NCBI RefSeq assembly: GCF_009914755.1
Contig: NC_060947.1
Strand: one strand, 5' to 3'
DNA length: 64,000 bases
Origin: the human T2T-CHM13v2.0 reference genome, Homo sapiens
Below, in pieces: positions 56,350 to 64,000 of the stretch (positions are counted from its first letter, which is position 1; each line of letters starts with the position of its first letter). The notes beneath the pieces are model-generated. The model had not been told where the DNA came from, did no database searches, and saw nothing but the letters and a program-made list of their open reading frames with translations. The translations under genes were made by a program, and so were the position numbers.

Positions 56350-57480
56350 TCAAGAAAGATAAGCGTAAGATGAGTGTGTGAAACAGAGGAGGAGAGATGT
56401 GTTTTTAGCTAGAAGTGGATGAAAACTAGGCACAGAGAGAGTCTCCTTATAATGGAAGAGACAACCATGTCTATAGGCTAAACATGAGGTAAAGTAAGAG
56501 GCTTAAAAGATGGGAATACTTTTGTTATCAGAGTAAGGTTTTGGAGAAGGCTAGGGTTGTAGAGAAAAGGGAAATACAATTGAAAACAGTTCAGAGACAA
56601 ATATAATGATTAAAAATAATGATAAAGGTGAGATTAAATGCCATCAACTCATTATGGTACTAATCCACAGTGACTGATTGCAGTTTTCATTTACGCTGTT
56701 GTAGCAGCTATTCAAGTACAGTAGCCATAGAAGAAGGTTGAGTTGATTCAAGGCTGGTGATATAAAGAAGAGATGAAAAAGCAAGAAAAGTGATCAAGAG
56801 AATTAAGGGTGATGGTAAGAAAAGGAAATGATGGGTAATGGAGAATCATATTAGATAGTAAGGAAATACATCCATGACGTCTAATAAAGTTGGAGAAAAT
56901 GATGTCAAAGGGACTGACATATTCAATGAGGTTATAAAGCATATGTAGTGGGAGAGAGAAGAAAGGAATAAAATAATTTGTTAGAAAGTACACTATTCAA
57001 AGTCAGTATTTCAGAAAAAGCACAATTATGTGTGAAGGCAAGATTCAAGATGTGAAAGGGACTGGCTGAAGTGGCGTGAAAAAGAAAACTGAAAACTACT
57101 TATTGTACACCTGAACATAGAAGTCACCAGGTATGGTAGCAGGGAGTAGGGTGGAGAGGCAAAATTGTGAGGACTTGCCAATAACATTGACGATTATTAA
57201 GGAGTGACTTCGAGATTTTCATGTCACTGATAAGGAGGAATAAAAGAGGTATATAACTGGATGCCCCAGACATCATGATAGTACTTTAACATGAGCATAA
57301 AGAAGCTACAGGTTGAATGGAATATTGGTAATAAAAAAATATGTGATTCCTAACTTACAATCTTGTGGTATAAGGACCAAGCAGTTTCAAAGTGTATATT
57401 AATTAAAACTCTTGACAGCGATATAAACTTGGAAAGCCCAGAACTGAGGCAAGACTGGAGATTTAGGGAAAAAGATGTAA
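56350..57480 (-). mobile_element. Old L2 relic (purine-rich strand)
   Basis: Strong G/A skew and decayed antisense-L2-like text. Boundaries are approximate. Confidence 0.4.
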
Positions 57481-58952
57481 TGGGAAGTCTCGTTGAGAAA
57501 TCATTGTTGAGATAAATAAGCAGTGAACATTTTTCACCTCTATGTTACTGCACTCTCAAGATTCAAAACCCAGGGGGAAAGAATCTGATTGGCCTTATTT
57601 GTGTTACATTTATGAGTTTGTCAGATGGAAGTGGTGCTGTATATTTAACATTTACTTATATAAGCTTGAAATTGTATCCCACATATAGTGAAGAACGCTG
57701 CATCCTTTCAAATAACCTGGTTGTGGTGCACTTAGAATACTCCTGGCCATTCTTGTCGCATATTCACACATAATCATTGTATATCGTGGTATTGTTATAG
57801 AATAGAAGATTGAAAGGGAACAGGGGAGGGGAGTGAAGGAGTCTGTGCATATCAGCAATCAGCAGAAGAAAATCTGAAACTGAATACTTTATATCACCGT
57901 TTGTAAAATTTTCTCTCTCTCTCCCTCCCCCACCCCGTCTCTTCATACACCCATTTTCTCCTTCCATCTAATCGTTAGCTCATTCGCCTCCGATTCCAAA
58001 ACTCAATTTCAGTTTTCATGCAAACCAGTTGAGCTATCTTCAAATCTAATTAAGGGTACGCCTGAGAGCAACTTCACTAAAACTAAAATGAAGTTGAAAT
58101 CTATATATAACTTCTAATAATAATTTTTGTACCATCATATCTATGTATTTTGTTTTGTTTTGTTTTGCCTAATGATGTTTTCTTTTTCCCGTTGTTGGAG
58201 AAGTATTTTCCCACTCCAAAAACACAGATTTTTTTCTTTTTTATCTTTTCTTTTATACTTGTACCTTTTACATTTAGGTCTTCAATCTACTTGGGTTCAT
58301 ATTTGAGAATATATAAATAGCTTTCTTTCTCTCCATATAGAAATCCTGTTTTTCTAAAACTATTTATAAAACAATGTGTATTTATTACAGATTTTTAGTA
58401 CCCCATCAAATGCCTTTTTTGAACTTTTGTTTGTGCATAATGTTTAAAATACAATAGTTTTTTCCTGTGTACTTGTAATTAACTTCTAATCTTCAGAGGC
58501 CAGAACTCACAAGAGACTACTTTGCCTCCTAGTTTTTTTATCTGAATTTTAAGCTAGTTTCAAAAATTTTATGGTGACTTGCTTTCATTTTGGGAGGAGC
58601 CCTAGAGCTAAACTAGGTACATTTGTTGTCAATGAAATATTGTTCCAGAATGAGAGCTACTTGAAGATGTACCCTTACTTTCATTCAGTGTTTAGATTAC
58701 ATGTAGTGCTTTTTATTAAAGCATGGCTTGGTCCAAAGTTGGAGAGGCTAAGAGTTATTTCTATTTTTAATTCCAGGAACTTGGCTCCTAAGTAAGAGTT
58801 CTTTTGCAATCAGGTTTTGATGGCACCTCAGCTAGTGGTGAAGTATGTAAGACAGTTCTATAAGAATGTATAGTATATTTTATTTTAGTTTGGTCATTTA
58901 TTTTGGCTACAATTTCTGATTTTTTTAACAGATAATTTCTGAGATGCAAGAT

Positions 58953-59576
58953 TGTGGCAGGCCAGGTCTCACCAACACAGGCCTCCATAACAAATGTTTC
59001 AGTACTGACTGAGTGGTTAAGTTAAATATTAAAAGCTGTAAGAGCCAGTGCCCTTATGCAGGGGCTGGAACGTTTAAAAAAAAAAAAAAAAAAAGCCCAC
59101 CAACAGTTTTGCCTAGGCCTTTCCTGAACCTTAAAGCATGATTAAACAAGTTTTACTGGGGTTCAGAAGAAACTCCCCAGCCCTCCACAAACAAGTTTAT
59201 TGTGGGTCTGAAGTAACTCCCCAAACCTCCATGGTTTAGCAGGAGACAAGATAAGGGTAATCACCCCAGCACCTGGACACATTTAGATTAAGTAAATGAA
59301 CTGAGGCTCCAGAGGAAGGTCTTCAAAACTCAGACCTTAGCTATAGTTTAAAAGAAGTTAATCACTTATGTCTTTAGATGAATGCCCACTTACACACAGA
59401 CATATAGCTTACAAGCTCTGGAAAACTTCCTAATTTTAGAGTTGGTCTGGTGTTAATTTCCAGGCCTTCTCCCTCTAACCGGTTTCAGAAATAAAAACTC
59501 TCTTTCTCCCCAGTTCATCTGGATCTGGTTATTGGGCCATGTGAAATAGCCCAACCCTTAGTTTGGTCTGAGAACA
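58953..59576 (+). mobile_element. MER39-like ERV1 5' LTR
   Basis: TGTGGCAGGCCAGGTCTCACCAACACAGGCCTCCATAACAA...AATAAAAACTC...GGTCTGAGAACA. Confidence 0.85.
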
Positions 59577-59581
59577 AAATT

Positions 59582-59599
59582 TGACAAGACAGCCAGGAG
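59582..59599 (+). promoter_or_regulatory. Degenerate primer-binding site, tRNA-Arg(ACG) type
   Basis: TGACAAGACAGCCAGGAG versus the expected TGGCGAGCCAGCCAGGAG, 5 nt after the LTR end. Confidence 0.7.
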
Positions 59600-62500
59600 A
59601 GACCGGGACGGTGTGTGTTCAATGGCCAGTGGCTTCCGATGAGACAGTCTTCGGGAGGATCCCGGCAGCTGCTGGGTGGGATTTTCCCGGAACCCTCCCG
59701 AGGGCTGTCTCTTGTTCAAAATTGCACATCCTTTTCACTACTGAGGAAGAACGGAGATCAGGAGCAGATGCTCTCAAAGGGTGAGTTAATTGTACGGTAT
59801 GCCAGGAGCCTATTGTTTTCCTATCTGAGCTTATTAAGCTATTTGTCCCATACTGCCAAGAGAAGCAATAGGGCTTGCTCATACACCCGCTTTGTATTTT
59901 GGTTGAGATCAGGTTTTGAGTTGGTTTTGAGTCTGTTTTGCCTGAGTGCACTTCCCCTCGTGTCATTCAAAATTTGTCTCCACTTGTCTGTGTATCTACC
60001 TGTCTCGTTCTTTTGATGCCATGTAAACTTGAAAATGAAAGGTACTGAGTCCATTCCTGCTGAGAGGCCACTGGGAAGGGAAAACATTTTTTTTAGGAGC
60101 TCAATGGTTAAAAGTGAATTTAATTAAAAGCTAACATCCAAGATGTGTGTATGTATGTGTGCATGTTTGTATCTAAAAGGCCTTCATTTTTATTTATTTC
60201 TCTACTAAGACCTTGTCTTTTTGAGCAAGTTTTTTTTTCTTCTCAGTTGACTGAATTCTGTTCTCTTCATTAATAGCTATTGCAACAGAAGCTACTCTAG
60301 GGTTTTTATGAAAAAGTATAATTTAGACACTTAGAAATGTCTTTCTTTTTGGAAAAAAAGTTTAAGTGCACTGTAAAAGCATCACATGGTCTAGTCTCAT
60401 AATAATTCTTCGTTTTTGAAAACCCAGAATTCAGCATGGGCTGTGTCCAGAGCTCAAAGATCAAATTAAAAAATAGGTAGTCAACATCTAAATAAAGTTA
60501 GTCTCTTTATAGTCTTGTGATAAATTTCTATAATTTTATGTGTGACCTGGCATCCAACTTTAATCTCCCTTTAGCACCACCAGACTTTTTCTCTGTGTAC
60601 ATTGAGATGTAAATCTTGCCATCTGATTTTTCACCTAAGAGTTGTTTCCTTCAATATACAAATTTAGGGCTATTTAGTTGACAACTGCCAGAGTCTTAAA
60701 CCAGGTTATTAAGAGTTTGCAAGTCTAAGATAGGAAAAAGAAGGACTTATGAATCTATAAAATGTACTTCTATTGGCATGCCTAATAAATCTATGCATTT
60801 ATGTCTTGTGTAGACCATGTTTCACCACTGGAAATATATAAAGCAGTTCTAATTAATTGGCTCAAAGAAAAATAAAAGCATTTAAATACTTTAACAGAAA
60901 AAGGAAAGACTAGTCAAATGCTTTTTCAAGTTTATGTGACTTAAGTAAAATCTTTAATAAATAAGCTAACTTTAAAATTATTGGTTAAGTAATATTAGAA
61001 GTGTTTTAAGAGTTTCCAGCATACATTTTTGTTTGCATTTATTGATCAAGCAATTTCATACTTACCTATGCCAAATAAGGTGTAAAATTTTGGCATAGAG
61101 GTTACACAACTATGACTCAGCCCAAAACAGAATGATCTTTGCTTGTGTAATATTTATTGAATAAAACATTAATATTGGCTTAATGAAGATAGCTACATCT
61201 TGAATTATTTAGTAAAATACTCTAATTTCTAATGTTGTGGCCTTAGGCAGTCTAGTCCACAGACATGAAGGAAGTTTGTTCTGGGAAAGGACTGTTATTA
61301 TCTTTGTTTCAAAGATAAACTATAAACTAAGTTAATGACCAGGAATAGCTTGGAGGTTAGAAGCAAGATGGAGTCAGTTAAGTCAGATCATTTTCACTCT
61401 CTCAGTTATAATTTTGCAATGGTGGTTTCATAAGTTTAAATGATGACTATTGAAGTTTTTATAAATAATCTAGGTAAATGATAAAAAATAATTAGATAAA
61501 TGTAATAGGATAAATACTCATAAACTTGTCATAATTTAGAACTTAGTTATATTATTAAATTAAACAACAGATATTTCATTATTTGGGTGTTTTCCAATAA
61601 AAACATATTGTAGGAAAACATTCTTTCTAAATATTGATTCCTTTTTAAAGGGCAACAGATTTTTGTCTAATTCAAAGCTTATTTAAAGGTTATATATAAG
61701 ACAAGGTAAAAGAAACCAGGAAATAAGAGACATACAAAGAAAGTTATAAAAAGATTATTGGTGAAGTAAAAATATCTTCAAAAGTGTAAACATTTCGTCT
61801 AAATTATGCGGGTCAAATATTAGGTTTGCTAAATGCCTTAGGTCATACACTGCTTTTTTGACTTAAAAATTGTTCAATTTATTTTGGAGTGTTAAATTCG
61901 AAATAAGGCCCCTAGCTATGCAAATAGGTATTTAAGAAAACAGATTTTATATAAGAAAGAATCTTGTATGGTAAATTCTTGTCCTAAAGTAAAATAATGG
62001 GTTGCTTAAAAAGAGGGATGTTTAGGACAAGTCAGAAAGTTAAGGGATGTCATAGCCTGTCTTTGTAAGTTGTAAAAGAATGTATGAAGGGAAATTTATC
62101 CAAGAAATGTTGTATAATTTAAAGGCGATTAGGCCTCTTAAATGCTTTATAAAGTGTCACCATAACTCCCGGCTGTACAACTTGCCTGCTTTACAACTAG
62201 GTAAAGCCTGGGACACATGCAGTTAGACGCTGGAATAAGTCAGACCTTATCTGCACTTCTGTCTGGGTCCTAGACACCGCACCTAGTACATAATTAAAAT
62301 CCCAAACTTATCAAGGTTTTCACCAAAAGTAAAGGTTGCTAAGAGTTAAAAATGTAGCATGTATTTAAGACTATTGAAGAAACAGTTTTACATGCAAGGT
62401 GTATAAAGAAAGTAAAATATACTTTTGGTAAAAAGATTATAAGGAGGCACAGGAATGTGGATTTTTGCATAGATTGAAAGGTTGAAGGATTGTTTTAAGT

Positions 62501-63146
62501 TGGATAAAATAAAGCTGAAGGTTTAAGCAAGTTGTGGAAGGTTGATTGTGAAGGAAGTTCTGTGTGTAAACCTATTGGCTAAAGTTAAAATGGTAACATT
62601 CAGTTTTTATGGAAATTGATCATTAAAATAAAAGCAAAATGTGTTTCTCTTAGAGCACTAACCTGCTCTTTAATAAAAATTGTAAAGGGTTGTAAAAGGT
62701 CTATAAAAATCTTACCTTATAGTTAAATATTAAAATTGGGTAAATATGTCTATAAGGTTTTATTAAGAATTGGGCTTAACATTGATTGTACACTAATGTA
62801 CAGGTGAAATTTGACTTATTTGGTATCAAAAACCATACAGGAAGCATTGCCAAATATAAAATGGTGTTAGGCTTTCTTTGGGCTATATTTGTGTAAATAT
62901 GTTATTGGTATGTGTCCCAAAATCATGGGAAACTCCTATAATTCTGATATATCTTAGCATATATTATCAGTAATAATTATAATTGTTCTGTTAAATTATT
63001 GTGTGCCACAGAGGTAACATATTTCCTTGTCAATTGTGTCTTCAGCTATGGCTTCCCTAAAACTTTTTGTCATCCATAAACAATTGTTGTCTTGTTTTGA
63101 TCCTCTTTAGAAGATGGTTTTATAATCAGCTATAAAACTGTAACAT

Positions 63147-63636
<490 letters not shown>

Positions 63637-64000
63637 TTACAATATTGCTAATCCTTTGTCTGCTGTTCACAGACAAGGAAACTTTTCTTTTGAGCTATTA
63701 ACAGCTTTTAATAATTAACTAAAATATACTCCTATGAACAAAATTTGGAGCATATTTTTCTCTCTTCCTGATTTTTCTGAAATTTGGAAACTAATTGTGA
63801 GTATTCTTAATTTATGGCAATATATTTATTTGCATAAGTGTAATAAGAATCTGTTTCCTTTTGAAACAGAACACAATTGGAAAAACTGTTTTTTTTTTCT
63901 TTTACCAAGGGTTTGCCTGTAATGATGTGCTTTCCTTTAAGGAATTAAACTTGACTTATGAAGCCAATAAAGCTCTTGGAAAACTGGCCTCATATTTTGT

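Overview
AT-rich primate (very probably human) genomic DNA made almost entirely of interspersed repeats. I find no protein-coding gene, RNA gene or CRISPR array, and every informative ORF in the track derives from a transposon. Main contents: two nested antisense L1s (L1PB-type inside L1M/MA-type); a near full-length HERV-L provirus (MLT2A LTRs, perfect AGGGT TSD, degraded gag-pro-pol-dUTPase); a full-length L1PA5/6 with TSD and an ORF0 remnant; several 5'-truncated L1s; eight Alus; a MER4E LTR carrying nested MER9 and AluY insertions; THE1/MST MaLRs; two MER4-group ERV1 internal regions (one behind a MER39 LTR); and MITEs, MIR and L2 relics. Subfamily names come from recalled consensus sequences, not from an alignment. 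I see no new enzymatic system. The notable structures are rearrangement scars. (1) Both HERV-L LTRs carry a ~100-bp locally templated insertion at their TA microsatellite: a fold-back making a ~465-bp palindrome in one, and a copy of the provirus's own gag in the other. (2) A ~205-bp non-repeat segment is fused to the 5' end of a full-length L1, probably a 5' transduction. (3) A snap-back hairpin sits next to a deletion in L1 ORF2. (4) There are twin-primed inverted L1s and an internally deleted L1.
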